Part shown: in pieces, positions 25,273 to 39,189 of the stretch
Layout: the number at the start of each line of letters is the position of its first letter
Position numbering within the stretch: the stretch's first letter is position 1
Assembly: GCF_026210795.1 (NCBI RefSeq)
Contig: NC_089436.1
Span: forward strand, 682,001 to 746,000
From: Rhizophagus irregularis
Taxonomy: Eukaryota
Direction: 5' to 3'
DNA: 64,000 nucleotides
Translations under genes and position numbers: made by a program
The notes under the pieces: model-generated
Database searches by the model: none
Seen by the model: the letters and a program-made list of their open reading frames with translations, nothing else
Told to the model about the DNA's origin: nothing

Positions 25273-26360
25273 CCTGGTTATTTCCGGTTTTTTGAAAATA
25301 TAAACTTTATTATTATTAACTACGAAAGAAAAGTTAACTTTGAAATATTAAAAAAAGAAAGAGTGTCAAAAAGTGTTTCTACTGAAAGGTAATTATAATT
25401 ATGAAGGAAAGGTTAAAGGATGAAAAATGGAGGATAAGCGCTTAATTGGTAGTATAGTTATAAACAAAATATGGTAAGATTTTTAAATTTGTGTCTTGTG
25501 TTACAATAAAAGGTAACACAAGAAAATTTTGTGACAAGCGGTTTTTTGCCTATGAAGGAAAGACCCTTTTTTTGCCAACCAATTTTTACTATTTACGCTC
25601 ACAACAAAATTTTATAATGGGACTCAAATTCGCGAACCTAAGCCGGAAAGTTAAAATAATCGACAAAATTAGATGCATTATTAGCATTAATTTTTGAATA
25701 TATTACCGTGGAAATGTTTGTAACTGGTAAATTTATTCCATTGTCGATCAATTACTGATCAGGCAACTTCTAGGAGTTTATAACAATTAGACATGTTTCA
25801 CAAAGTTTAATTTATTTTAATGAAGCACCATTCATATTTCGAAGATGCTCAATTTACATGTAATGTGTTCAATTATTCAAAACAATGTTTGCTTTCACAA
25901 ACATTCGGATCAAAAATTATGTATAAATTTTTAACTTGTAAATTTTACTTAAAACTTTTCAATGAAAGCGTTTCTATATTTTCTTGAAAAAGGATCGATC
26001 TTTTGTTCTAACCAATTTTGGCATAATTTCTTTAAACATGGCAACGCGTGGCAAACAAACATTGTATTACAGTTGATTATTACTGCACGATAATTATAGT
26101 ATATCATGGCTCGGTAATTAAAAGATTATTAATTGATTTCGGCAGATTTTGATTATTGGAATTCAGTTGAACTAATTGTAGATAGTCCAAATTGAATTCT
26201 TATTAATAAATTAGGTAAATTTTTTTTTTTTTGAATATTCTTTATAATTATAATTAAAAAGTGGCGATTGGAATCCAATAATCTAATAAAGTTAGGGTTT
26301 GGACTGAATAAAATATAATAATAGTTCAAATATTCCAATTGTCCGAATTTCCATAAGTCA

Positions 26361-26502
26361 TCACTGCTGCGCGGTCAGACCATTATCTGTTATCTGTTAT
26401 GCTGTTTTTGTGTTTCATAGACAGATACTGTACCCAAACGACGATCTCTCCACAACGGGATCTGTGGCCGTTACAAGCACAGCTCCTGAGGCCGCATTAG
26501 CA
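26361..26502. other. GC-rich non-coding segment able to fold into a closed multi-hairpin structure (candidate ncRNA, unassigned)
   Basis: Ends pair (TGCTG-GCGG-TCAG with CTGA-CCGC-TAGCA) and enclose three hairpins: TATCTGTTATG/CATAGACAGATA, GATCTC/GGGATC, CTGTG/CACAG. Folded by eye only. Confidence 0.3.
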
Positions 26503-26534
26503 AAATATTTTATTATATCGTCTCAGAAATAATA

Positions 26535-26637
26535 CAGTAAACTCTCTCTACATGTACTCTCTCTAAATGCACACCCTCTTTAAATGCACATTTTTCATTA
26601 TGGTCCCAAAGAGGGTGCACTTAGAGAAAGTTGATTG
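26535..26637. mobile_element. ~103-bp Tc1/mariner (pogo/Tigger-like) MITE with TA TSD
   Basis: TA-CAGTAAACTCTCTCTA ... TAGAGAAAGTTGATTG-TA; internal repeats of CTCT(C/T)TAAATGCACA. Confidence 0.72.
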
Positions 26638-27916
26638 TATAATCAATGCATTAAAAATTTTGAAGTTACTTTATTACTTTGAAAGAAGAAGAAATAAAAA
26701 TTAATTATAATAGAAAAAAGGATGGATTAAGAAAATTTTTTTATTACTAGAAGAGTGGATTAAGAAAATTCATAATAATGCCAACTTAAAACAAGAAGGG
26801 CCAGAGATCACGTGTTTATTATATACCCCCAGGCCCCAGTCCCCCCTTGACTCCTTGTGATATACCGATCTACCATAGTATGCAAAGATTGATGATAATT
26901 ACTATATATAGATGTGAAAAAATGAAGAGACCCCCTTCTAAATGCGTAATTTCTAGGGAAAATTCTTTCTTTCTTTTTTTTTTTGAGAAGTAAAGAACAT
27001 ATTAATCAAAAAGCTCACACTAAAATTAAATTAGATAAATTAAATAAATTAAATAATAACACAGATTTGGTAATATAATCGTAAAGCAACAAAGTTTTTG
27101 GCTGCAGACCTGCTAAGAATTTGAAACAAAATGACAACCAATCATGAAAAACTATTACATATTATTATTACTCGTTTACGGTTAACTCCCTATCACGTTA
27201 ATCGATCGGAGTAAATCGATAGGGTTTCCGATAAATAGATCACATGGGTTTTATTTTTAAATATAGAATGAAATTTTGATTTGTAATCCTATTATATTGT
27301 TATATTTTAAATGAGGTTTAATTAATTTAATTATTTACAATAACGTACCAGATATTTTAAAATGAAATAAATTTAATATCATACTCATGAAAAAAAACGG
27401 GGAATATTATTAATTTGTTAGTATGACGTATACGTGAATCATATTATAGAAATTAGGAATACTCCATTTTCCTTATGGTGTGTGTATATTCATATTCATC
27501 TTAGATCTACGACATGTGTCTAATTTTCGGAATCATTGAATGTTAAATAATCATACGCCTATGTATTTGAAACGTATGTTTCTTTTGTATTACAAATAAC
27601 CTAATTGTTAAAAGATCAACACCATTTAGGAGGTTACACCCGTCTTTAGGCAAATATTGACCGAACATGCAGAAATAAACTTTAAATGATATCCCGAATG
27701 TCAGATCAGAAAAAAAAATGTCATTGATAATTGTGACATCAAATATAATAAATTTTACCACGAATTAAACTTTTTTGGTTATCATTTGATAAATTAGGAA
27801 CATGTGACGAAACTCCTTAAATATCATTTATTTTGGTTAAAAGTATAAATATTAATGAATAGTTTTCAGTGGTTTTTTTCAATAATTCTCTTTTTAAAAA
27901 TTTATTATCCAAAAAA

Positions 27917-29468
27917 ATGTCCACAGAATCTTTATTGACAAAATTATCGAAAGATATTGGTAAATTAGTGGATTTTAATGATAGACACGATGTAATAATT
28001 AAAGTAGGAGTTACACCAAATCATCATGAATTTAAAGCTCATTCTTTAATATTAAGAGCTAGGTCACAGTACTTTTATACAGCTCTTTCAAGTGATTGGG
28101 CAAGAAATCAAGAAAATATCATTAAATTTGAGAAACCCAATATTTCTCCTGATATATTTGATGCTATTCTACGGTAAGCAATTTATAAACGTTCTTACGA
28201 CGTTATACTTTTTTAACTTATATATTTGATTTTTTTTTTTCTAAAGGTATATATATAATGGAACGATTGAATTAGAAGATAAAGAACTTTCAAATATATT
28301 AGATTTATTATGTGCAGCAGATGAATTGATGATTGATGAATTATTAGATTATGTTCAAACATATTTAATACAGAACAAATTAAGATGGATAGATGATAAT
28401 TTAATTGAAATCCTTAATATTACAACTTCAAGGACTACATTTACTATATTAAAAAATTTTTGTCTTGAAGAAATTACATTATTAAATCCTTCAATTTTTG
28501 AATCTGAAACTTTTTTAAATATGGATGAAAGTTCTTTAGTAGCTTTATTGGAACGTGACGATCTTGGAATGAGTGAACCTGAATTATGGGATTGTGTTTT
28601 GAAATGGGGTATAACAAACACCCCATCTTTAAGTTATAATAAAAATATAATTAGCAACAATAATAATCTAATATCAAGAGATTACAACGATTATGAATGG
28701 ACTTCGGAAGATTTCGATGCATTGAAAAAAACGTTAAAAAATTGTATTCCATTAATTAGATTCTTTCATATTTCACCAGATGAATTTTATACAAAAATAA
28801 AACCATATTCTAAAATAATATCAAAAGAATTATTAAAAGATATTATAAATTATCAATTCACAGATCCTTCAAATTATAATATACTACCACCAAGAAAATG
28901 TAATATACAAATTGATTCCAAGTTATTGAACCCAAAACAAGCAGCAGTAATAGCAAGTTGGATAAATGATAGTCATGAATTACATTCATCAAAATCAATT
29001 CCATATACATTTAAGTTATTATATAGAGCTTCAGTTGATAATCCTAGTTTATTTCATGAAAAATGTGATAATGTTGGACCAACTATAGTTATAGTTAAAA
29101 TTCGAGATAATAATTGTTTGGTTGGTGGTTATAACTCTCTTGATATTTCTTGGAAAAGATCTTGGTTTAATTCCTCTAGAGGTTCAAAAGAGTGTTTTAT
29201 TTTCTCTATGGATTCTTTTATTAACCCAACCACTTTAGATAATAATGTTAAATTATCTAAAGTCAAAACAGAATATAAAAACTATTCCATTTATGATCAT
29301 CCTTGGGATGGAATTTGTTTTGGTACTGGCCCCGATCTTTGGGTTAATACTAAACCTAGCAATCCTATTGGTTATACCATTAAAAAATGTTATCAATCTT
29401 CTATTATGAAATCGGATACATTCTATTGGGAAGATTGGGAAGTTTTTTCTGTACAAAGTAGTAGTTAA
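27917..29468 (+). CDS. BTB/POZ-BACK-TLDc protein, 2 exons
   Basis: HDVIIKVG...FKAHSLILRARSQYF...KPNISP; intron after ILR (~28173-28247); BACK region LLERDDL...LWDCVLKWG; TLDc FKLLYRAS...GGYN...EDWEVF. Confidence 0.92.
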
Positions 29469-29622
29469 TAATCACGACTAATTATAATTTAATTGGGATA
29501 ATGGAACGCTTTTTATTTTCGCTCCTATCTTTTTTAATATAAAACTTTATTTGTTATCCTTTTACATATCATAAACTTTTAATTTTTAATTCTTAATAAT
29601 TAATAAATTTAATTAATCAGCA

Positions 29623-30824
29623 TTAACAAGTATAATTACCACAAAAAATTAATTGAAATAAAGCTAAAAGAATTTCTACGATAACATCATCGTCATCTTG
29701 TACATCAATAAAATCCCATTCTTTCGTTTCAAGGTCCCATTTTAAACTGTATACAAAAATTATCATATATATGATAAATCCGATTAATATTATGAGGTAA
29801 CCTGCAATTGTTTCGCAAGTTCCATTTTCTATAAAAATTGTAAGAAATAAAAAAAAAATTATGTGCCTTAATTAAGAAATTCATTTGCCTCAAAAAAAAA
29901 AATAATGTACTGTATTAATATCTTACCTTCTGTATTAATTACTGGCTTGATGATTGATTCAATATCAGTAATATTAGCTAATTCTTTAATTTTTCCTGCA
30001 ATCAATTTATCGAATTCATCATAAAATTCCAGTTGAGATTCATCAATAAATTTTGCTCCAATCACCATAATACATTTCTCTTCAAATTTTTCTTCAACGA
30101 TTTTCTTTAATTTCTCAATTCTTTTCTGACTTATTACTTGTTCATTTAAACATTTATATCTTCTATAATATTCCATTTGCGTTACACTTCTTTTTTCCTC
30201 TAAGAATGATCCAGTCTTATACCTTGGATATTTAAGATCAATCACAATCATAACACCCACCTCAGAAACAAAGACCATACCACCGTAACTTAAGTCGACT
30301 TTTTCATCAAATAATTCATATTTATCATCATCTAATTGTTCATCATCAATTTGTCCAATATTATTAACATCATATTCAACTAAAAATTTAAATCCTGGTA
30401 AACATTTATTCAAATTTTCTAGAATACCATTTTTAATTTTCCATTCATTACATGGTATTTTATATTTTGAGTTCAACCATTTACTTCTTTGGTATTCATT
30501 AATATTAGAAAATTCATAAAATAATTTTGGATGAAATGAACGCGTAGATGTAATAAATAATTTATATAAAAATATACATTTTTCTTTTTCATTTGTTGTT
30601 AATTGAATAGATTTAATAATTTGTGGGTTTTGTCTCCAAGAAGATTGGTGTTTAATATAAGATTTATAGATATTTGTATGTTTTAATGTATCATTATGTG
30701 ACGAAATATATTCTTGCGCTTGAAAGAATATATCTTTGGGTATTTCTTTTTCTAATAAAACTTGTTTTCTTAGTATATTGAAGAGAAATTTTAAAACAGC
30801 TAAATCAATTTTTATTTCCTCCAT
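29623..30824 (-). CDS. Uncharacterised protein with PD-(D/E)xK-like core and C-terminal hydrophobic segments, 2 exons
   Basis: 318-aa ORF has a GTAAG donor near 29926; second exon (~29829-29623) continues in frame: ENGTCETIAGYLIILIGFIIYMIIFVYSLKW...IVEILLALFQLIFCGNYTC*. Confidence 0.7.
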
Positions 30825-31253
30825 TGTTTGTGATTAGAAGGTGAGAAGGTGAGGGACTGAGGGGAAAAAGAGTAAAGGAGATAACAAATTGTTTAAATAA
30901 TAACGTGTAGTCGTATTTTTATAATTAATGCTCCTATCATATTTCAATGTTTTCTGTGTCTAAATTTGGTAGTAAGACGCGTTTTTTATTCTTCATGTGA
31001 CGCTCAATTATCTAAGGTAATACAGTATAGCCAGTAACCAGCACTCCAGGCTCCAGGCCTCCAGCATACAAGAATTTTACTTTCACGTGATATGATGTTA
31101 TGATTAAGTAAGAGTAAAAATTTTTATTATCACTTATCCGAATAAGGGTAAATAAAGCGTGTGAATAAAAAAATTCAATAATAAATAAATTACATAAAAT
31201 TAATAATAAAAGAAATGACATAATATTTAATTTTTAATTGTAAAAATTATAAT

Positions 31254-33350
31254 TTATGCTTTCACTCTTTTTTCAAAGATCAATGGTTCAGGATTAGGGA
31301 AAGAAACACCACTAATTATAAAATTAGAAGGCCTTTTCTTACTTTTTGTAGTAATTTTATATTTCTTAATAAGAATACTACTAAGCATTTTTATCTCATT
31401 AATAGCAAAAATTCTTCCAGGACAAGCATGTCGTCCCATACCAAAGTGAAGAAAGTCTCTAGAAACTTTCGATGTTGGAGATTCTTTTCCTAAATATCTA
31501 TATCCGTCAAATTTATTTGGATCTGGTCCGTATCTTTCATCATCATAATGTACGTTTTTTAAATAAATTCCAACGTTACTACCTCTTGGAAGTTGATATC
31601 CATTAGAAAATTTGAGTTCTGATCCAGTTACTCTATGAATTAAACTAACTATATATAAAATTAAAATATTATAAATAAATAAAATATGTACACTTACATG
31701 TGTATATATTAAAACAATATTAAAATAAACAATTTTTATTTACTTACAAACATTTCCAGTTAATCTTAAAGCTTCCTTGAGAAAACTATCCAATTTTTCC
31801 ATTTTAGAAATTTGATCTAAATCAGTTAATTTATCATTTGGGTTGAATTTTTCTTGCTCTTCTAACAAGTCATCCCAATATTCTGGTCTCGAAGCAAAAT
31901 CTAATAAAAAATTTGTAGTAGAAGAAACCGTTGTTGACATTGAAGCGAACGTGATTGCAAGTAAGTATCCGGATATCCAAACATAATCTGGATTTTCTTT
32001 ATCTACGCCAGGTTGACTCAACAAGTATTGAATACAATCAACCTGTTATATAAGTTAAAATAATACATCATTTAGTTAATAATCATCTGGGATAAACAAA
32101 TTTATTTCAACAAGTATTACTTACTGGAGGTTTCCAGTTATTTCCAAACTTTCGTTCCTGTCTAAGACGTTCTTCGATCTCCGGCTTGATTTTTTCAATT
32201 ACAATTTCTTGAAGTTTCTTTATTTTACACCTTCCAAATCTAAATCTCATTCTATTAAATCATATATCAGTAAATGAAGAAAAGGAATTTCAATAAATTA
32301 ATAAATGCTATCAACATACATACATAAGACTCTGTTGGAAAATCCATGGATGAATCAATCCTAAAGATTCGGGAACTTTTAATAATTTATATAATTCATT
32401 ACTAAAATTCATAAATATATTAATTAAATCATTATCATGACATAAACTATCTCCAACGAGAATGGTTGTGACCGGCCTTGAAACTATCGAAAATAAAACT
32501 TGACGTAAATCATGAATAATTTTGGGTTCTTATTAATGAGAGAAAGTAATAAATAAATAAATAAATAAACAAATATTACAAATATATTCTTATTAGAAAA
32601 AAGGTTTAGTATTTATTTTTTTTACCATCACATTCTCCAATTATTTCATTAACTCCACTATACAGTGATTGTTGAGTTTTTTCGAGAAACAAATGCATTT
32701 GAGCAGTGAAAACATTTTTAGAAATTTCTGCTGCGAAACTCATATAATCAAGTGGCAGTCCAAGAATTCTTGCAACTGGAACTTTCTAGAATTGGGTTTA
32801 AACCATTTGACGTTAATTTGTTTTTTAAAAAAAGCATTTTATTAGATAAAACAACGATACACTACTTCTTCAAATGCAGCGCTGAATGAAACATCTCTTG
32901 AATTGAAAACTTCATAACATAATTCTTTACCAACGACCGTTATAACAGATCCATATACGTATATCGAAAAAATTTCACCATACTATTTATTTAATTGAAA
33001 AAAAAACATCCTTTAAAATCAAAAAAAAAAAGATCTTACGATAATTATCTATAACATGTTCATACTCATACTTCTTGTTTACATTTCAATAAAAATTTAT
33101 CGACGTCAGCACAATAATCCCAAGTATGCCCAATTATTGGATACTTGTAATATACCAAAGGTGGTTCATTCTTATGAATGACATTTAATTTATAGATTGT
33201 AAGTCACAAATATAATGTATTAATCAAATAATAAATACCGACTTTATTTATCGTACATACCACCAATTTACGATTACGAAGCTTATTAACTATGTAAAAT
33301 ATCGCCAAAATGCAAAATCCCACTGCCAAAGTGTTAAGAATGTTATTCAT
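31254..33350 (-). CDS. Cytochrome P450, multi-exon
   Basis: ATG at 33350 with N-terminal membrane anchor; NEPPLVYYKYPIIGHT; I-helix ITFASMSTT; ExxR (KEALR); PNKFDGYRY; heme motif FGMGRHACPG. Confidence 0.95.
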
Positions 33351-35554
33351 TTTGATAAAAAAAAAAAAAAAAAATTTTTTGTTTAAAGAAAGTAAAGAAG
33401 ACTAAGTACTTAAATATAATTTACTTTCGTTATGCTATAACATTGTGTTAATATTTATTGCTTCAATGAACCATTTTATTGGTCTGAGCCTAAATAATCA
33501 AATTCAAGAGTTTAAATAAAATAAAGCTTAAAAGTAATCGAAGATTGAATTTGAACATATGAAAATATCAAATTAAATTATTATTTTTTCATTTAGGAGT
33601 ATTTGATTTTCTATTTTTAGATTATTCATTATTATTCAATATATAAATCACTTTATTGGCTAAAAACTGCTTATAAAGAATTTCATTTAACCAATCCAAA
33701 ATGCTAGCTCTATGAATTGACTTTTTTCAAATATTCTTTTAACGTGTGTGACATTATAACGAAGAACATAAAATGTACAATATATATGTCGTTTGGAAAG
33801 TTATTGTTTACTTTTCTTGTTTTTTAAAAAAGTTCTACCCTGATTGTGATAAGGAATTGTATTCCATATTTATAACATAACTTTAATTCTTTGTTCTAGA
33901 CTATCCTTAAGAATCGATCGTAAATGTTAAAATGGAGACAGAACGTGTGACAAATGAAAGCTTGCACTATTGAAATATAAGATCTTCTGCTCGACAACAG
34001 CAGTTTCTGAAACCGTTCTCTGGTCATATAAATATTATTAAGGATGTTAAATAATTAGGAAAATTTTATTTTATTGTTTCATTCTAGGGCTTCTCCATGC
34101 ATCTTTTTAATCACAAACCTTGTTCGCATCGCAGTAAAATGCAGACAATTTATGGATGTTATCCTGTAAATTCACATAAGGAGAACTGAATTATAATTAA
34201 CAACATCCTTAACGGTTTAGAGTACAGAATTTAGAGATAACAAACAAAGAATTACATTTTATCTATTGAGAGAAACTGAGAGTTAATGAAACAATTTTTA
34301 AATTGAGTTTACTTTTTACCCAATGACTTTGATGTCTAAATGTTTAGTTATTGAATGGGCGACAATATCAATCCAAGTGAGCCAATTCTGATTACATTAG
34401 CATAACTATTTAATTTCGCAGTCGTAACACGCATTACAAATGCCCAAAGTGTAAATATTTATTTTTCGTGCTTTAATTAAAATATTCTCACTAATAGCAT
34501 TACACAAGTATTAATAAAGAATTGCAAAAGGCAGCATTCTTTTGATATGCAAAAACAGATGTGTCCGTATAATTAATCCTTATTCGGTTAATCCCAATAC
34601 TATGTCTATGATGTTTTAGGTAAATCTATAGGTTGTTTCCGACATCGTTGTCGTTAAAGTTAAATTCATTGATCACAATTTACAAAGACATATTGCCAAG
34701 TCATCGTTCTTATTCTTCTAAAAATATTTTAATGTTATCGCACATAGAATAAAGTAAATATTATTACAACTTGCGACGTATATGTTTTTTTTAAAAAAAG
34801 AAATCCATAATTTGAATTAATAAAGTATGATATTGTACTGTACATACATTGATATTGAAAGTCAACCATTATTTATTTGTAGTATGTAATCAATTTACTT
34901 AAAGCCAATAATGATTTAATTTTGTAAATTAGATAATAAATAGTAAAAAGATCGGGATTCAAAATAGATATAAATATAAACCGGTCATCCAATCACATTT
35001 GACACTAATAATATAAGCTTTCCATATTCTTCGTATTTTGTAGTAATTTTTTTTTTAGCAAAACATTAATTTATTAGTCGCATATTATAAATTAATAAAT
35101 ACTATTAGAAACATGATGTTTTAATGCAGAAAAAGATTACATTTTACTTAATAAATATATATAAACAATGAATATACAGTATAATTAGTACACATTTTGG
35201 AGTTTCAGAGTTTTGTATTTAAAGTTTTTGTTTCATTGTTATATAAAATTATTATTTAATTTACTAGTGATAACAAATATGAAATTTCATATATAATTGG
35301 GCTTAGTTGATTTTCATTTCCATAATGAGAATGCTAAGAACCTATTATTTTTTCCCAAGCTCGATTTAAAATTTTAACCGGATTTTCTATTAATACATTA
35401 ATAGAAATTGATTCATAGGATCTTCTCCCTAATTGTTACACACGTGCGTTTGCGGAGTTTTCAACATACCGCTGCCGTAGTTATTATTGTAGTATAAAAT
35501 GTTTAAATGATTTAAAAAAGATTTTTCAAGTAAAAAACTTTATCTCGTACAGAT

Positions 35555-36934
35555 ATGACAAAGAAATTTATAAAAAAAATTTTTAATTCTCTTATAATTA
35601 GGTAAGTTACATATTTTTTCATACATAAAAATATATATATTATACATAAATATATATATAATATATATATATTTTTTCATAATATTTATTATTATCATAT
35701 TTTTAGAAGGTCTAGTTTTAAAAAAAAGGTCAATTCACGAAAAATTCAAATTGACACGGAAAATGTACCTTCCAAAGTTCATAAAGTACCTAATAAATTA
35801 GCATCATATATGATATCAGAAATCCTGCAAGAAATTTTTAATCATTTGGCGGATACATTTCCATATAATGGAACATACGATTTACACGCTTATTCAAATT
35901 TATATTCATGCATATTAGTTAATAGACATTGGTGTCGAAATGCTATCATAACTTTATGGAGACAACCATTTCATCCATGTTTAAATAATGGACAAATGGT
36001 TGTAAATATTTATTTATCATTTTTAGATGAAAAAGAACAAAAATTTCTTTTATCTCGAGGAATAAATTATTTACCATCTCATTATATCTCAAAAAATTAT
36101 TTATTCGATTATCCATCATATTTTAAACATTTACATCAACAAAATTTTTATTTTTCAGTCGAAAATTGGTGTCAGAATAATTTAAAAAAAAGACAAAATG
36201 ATTCCTCTTATTTATTAATGAATTCTCTATTAAAATTATTTTATAAGAAATCTGGTCAACTTAATAGATTTAAATTATATAATTTGATGGGATTAATTGG
36301 TGATGGTATGAATAATTTGAATAATTTGAATGATAAAAATAAATATGATGAATGTTCAGAAATCTGTAAATTTATCTTACCGGTTCAACAATTAACTATT
36401 ACTGGAACATATGAAAATAGTAGTGGTATGATCTTATTATCCAAATTATGTACGAATGTGGTAAGTGGTTTATATGTATTGTGTATATATATATATATAT
36501 ATATTATTTATTTATTTTTTCATATATTTCTTTTATTTTTATCATAGCGAGATCTTTGTATAGAAAATTTTTCAACGGCAAAAAATATTGATCACATAAT
36601 AGAATCACAAAATAATTTAGTATCATTAGAAATAACAAATTTATCTGATCATTCAACACTTATTATACAATCAATCTTATCACAATCTAAATCATTACGT
36701 AGAATTAAATTTTATAAGGTAAATTTTTCAGGATGTTGTCAATGGAATTCAATTACGTTATGTAAAAAATTACAAGTGTTGGAAATTTATTATTGTTTAA
36801 ATTTAAATTCTTTTATGGTTTTACCTTTAATTAAAACCAAATTTCATCAACTTAGAAGGGTTAAAATTATAGGTAATGATTGTAATAATCTTGAATATTT
36901 TATAAAATTAAAAGAAACCATCGTAAATTATTAA
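35555..36934 (+). CDS. F-box-like/LRR protein, 3 exons
   Basis: ATG at 35555; introns ~35602-35706 and ~36461-36547 keep frame; EILQEIFNHL...LYSCILVNRHWC...LWRQPF, LFDYPSY, LRR-like third exon ending TAA at 36934. Confidence 0.85.
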
Positions 36935-37689
36935 AGTAAAACATATGTTAGTAGTATGATTTTAAAATAGTACGTTTATACGTATGATTTTATTTTATTT
37001 TATTTGTTTCTACGTATGATACGAATCGTAAGTATATAAAATCATAAAATCACATGCGAATTTAACAAATTACGGTCACATGAATTTTAGCCTGCGGTTA
37101 AAGGAGTTAGGTCATAGATTTCACTAACCAAAAAAAAACTAAGTTCCTCATAAATAACCAATAATTTTTTTGTTAGTTTTATTATATGTCTTAAATTAAA
37201 AGAGTGTATAAACTATAATTGCACTTTTCAAAATTCTACTATCATAAAAAATGATTTTAAAAAAGTTTTAAATTTGAAGTAATCATTAGAATTTCCTTTG
37301 ATTTCCTATAATTTAGATAAGTTTGCTTAGAAAAAAACATTTTTGTACACAAAATTCAAAAAATTACTTTATTAATTAATTAAAAAAAATTTTAAGGATT
37401 ATTTCAAATTTAACCCTTTTTTTTTTATAAAATAGGTATTGTTAAATTTACACCAACATTAACAACTATTAATAAGCAGAGTTTTATAATATTTTTAATT
37501 TTGCCTAAAATCCTACATTCCTACCTTAACCACCAGCAGTAATATTTAGCAATATTCTTATAAAATAATTTAAGTAATTACAAATTTTAAAAAAATTCTG
37601 ATAATTATAAGAGAATAATCCAATTTTAAAAAGTTAATAAAGTTAAAAATTCAAGAATTTTGACTAAAGTAAAAGAATATATTATATAT

Positions 37690-37868
37690 TACAACTCTTT
37701 CTTATTATAGTGAATCCTATAAACTGAATATTAAAATTTATTATAATAAGAAATTCACCATACTGAAGATTATTTTATTATATATATAAAAAATCTGTAC
37801 TTAAACTTTTCTTTATTATAACAAATTATTCACTATATAAAAATTCACTATAAAGAAAATGAATTATA
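37690..37868. mobile_element. Decayed pogo-like MITE
   Basis: Imperfect inverted ends TACAACTCTTTCTTATTATAGTGAAT ... ATTCACTATAAAGAAAATGAATTATA. Confidence 0.45.
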
Positions 37869-39189
37869 CATAATTTTTTTATATACTATATGTAATTATA
37901 TATATTAGTTTATCATAGAGCATAGGGTAATTTCATTAAAAATACTTGTTTTATATGTGGTATCCAATATAACTACCTAATAGTATACATATAAGTTTTA
38001 ATTAGTGATTTAATAAATTAATAGTATTAGAGTAGAATATAGTTTATTACTTTTATATATTTCTATTATTTACTTTAAAAAAAGCAATTATATATACTGT
38101 AATTATATATAATAATTATAAAAAGCTGTTATACTATTTTTAATAAAACATAATTTATATTTGCTATATATACTTTTTCTTTAATTATATAATTAAATTA
38201 AAATTTAATTAGCTTATTTGTAATAATTATTTTTTTTTTTAAATATAAATTCAGTTTTGTAAATTATATATATATTTTTTATTAATTAATATTAAATAAC
38301 CTTTCTTTTTTTTGTAAATAATTCTTTTTAATTTTGAAAATTTTGATAAAATTTTTTTTATTAATTATATTAAGTAACTTTTTTTCTTTTATTTGCTTTT
38401 TTTTTTATTTTTTAATAACTATTTCTTTTTTAATGGATTTTTTAACTTTTAGTTTGATTTTTATTTAATAAATAGTAAATTTCAGGTATTTTAAATATTT
38501 CAGATTTTTTTGAATTTTTATTCTTTAATTAATCAATCCTATTTTTGGGTCTTTATTTGTTTTTGATTTTCATTTTACTTTGAATTTTATTTTATTTTTA
38601 AAATTAGTTTTATTTGATTTTTTTGGACTTTGAATTTGATTTTTTATTCTGTTTTTAAAAGTTACTAGTTTCATTCATTTTTGGTTTTTATCTTATTTTT
38701 CCATTTATTTTTTAGATTTTTAATTTATTATTCTTGAGATTTTGGTTTTGTCTTTCAGTTTCATTTTATTATTCTTATTTGATTTTAATGATATTTATTT
38801 TCAAGATGAGTTTAATCTTTTATTTGCTTTTAGTAAATGCTAAATTATCCAAAAATAAATATTTAAAAATATTAAATTTGTAGCAATTTTATTTTTAAAT
38901 CACATGATAGGTAGCGCCAATCAATGAAGAGCCTGTAACCGTATAAGCCACATCAATATCGTTCTGACACGTTGCATTTTAACATTATAAACTAGGAAAA
39001 CGGAAATCGGTAAAGTCCGTCTCTAATACAAAAAATGTACAATACAGATTAAAAATTCTTGTTTTATTTTGGAAAGATATCTTCGATAAAGAGTGTTATT
39101 ACATAAATTTTAATATATTTATGTTTAGCGTGATCCAGAAATAACTCAGGGGATAATGCAAATTTATGTATGACTGGAGATAGTCCTCG

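Noticed and set aside
26291..26300. AACCCTAAC on the minus strand as a telomerase RNA template
   Set aside because: A single 9-mer is plausible by chance in 64 kb; no pseudoknot or CR4/5-like element is visible downstream.
26150..26352. GGAAATTCGG and CAATTTGGACTA resembling RNase P CR-I/CR-V on the minus strand
   Set aside because: Intervening sequence is AT-rich with a homopolymer run and lacks the expected helices; looks like a decayed repeat.
31012..31221. 69-aa ORF and GC-rich CTCCAGG repeats, considered as small gene or tRNA
   Set aside because: No cloverleaf or A/B boxes; ORF is low-complexity sequence in the P450 3' region.
33800..34750. Moderately complex intergenic DNA upstream of the P450
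   Set aside because: No ORF, repeat structure or motif I could support.
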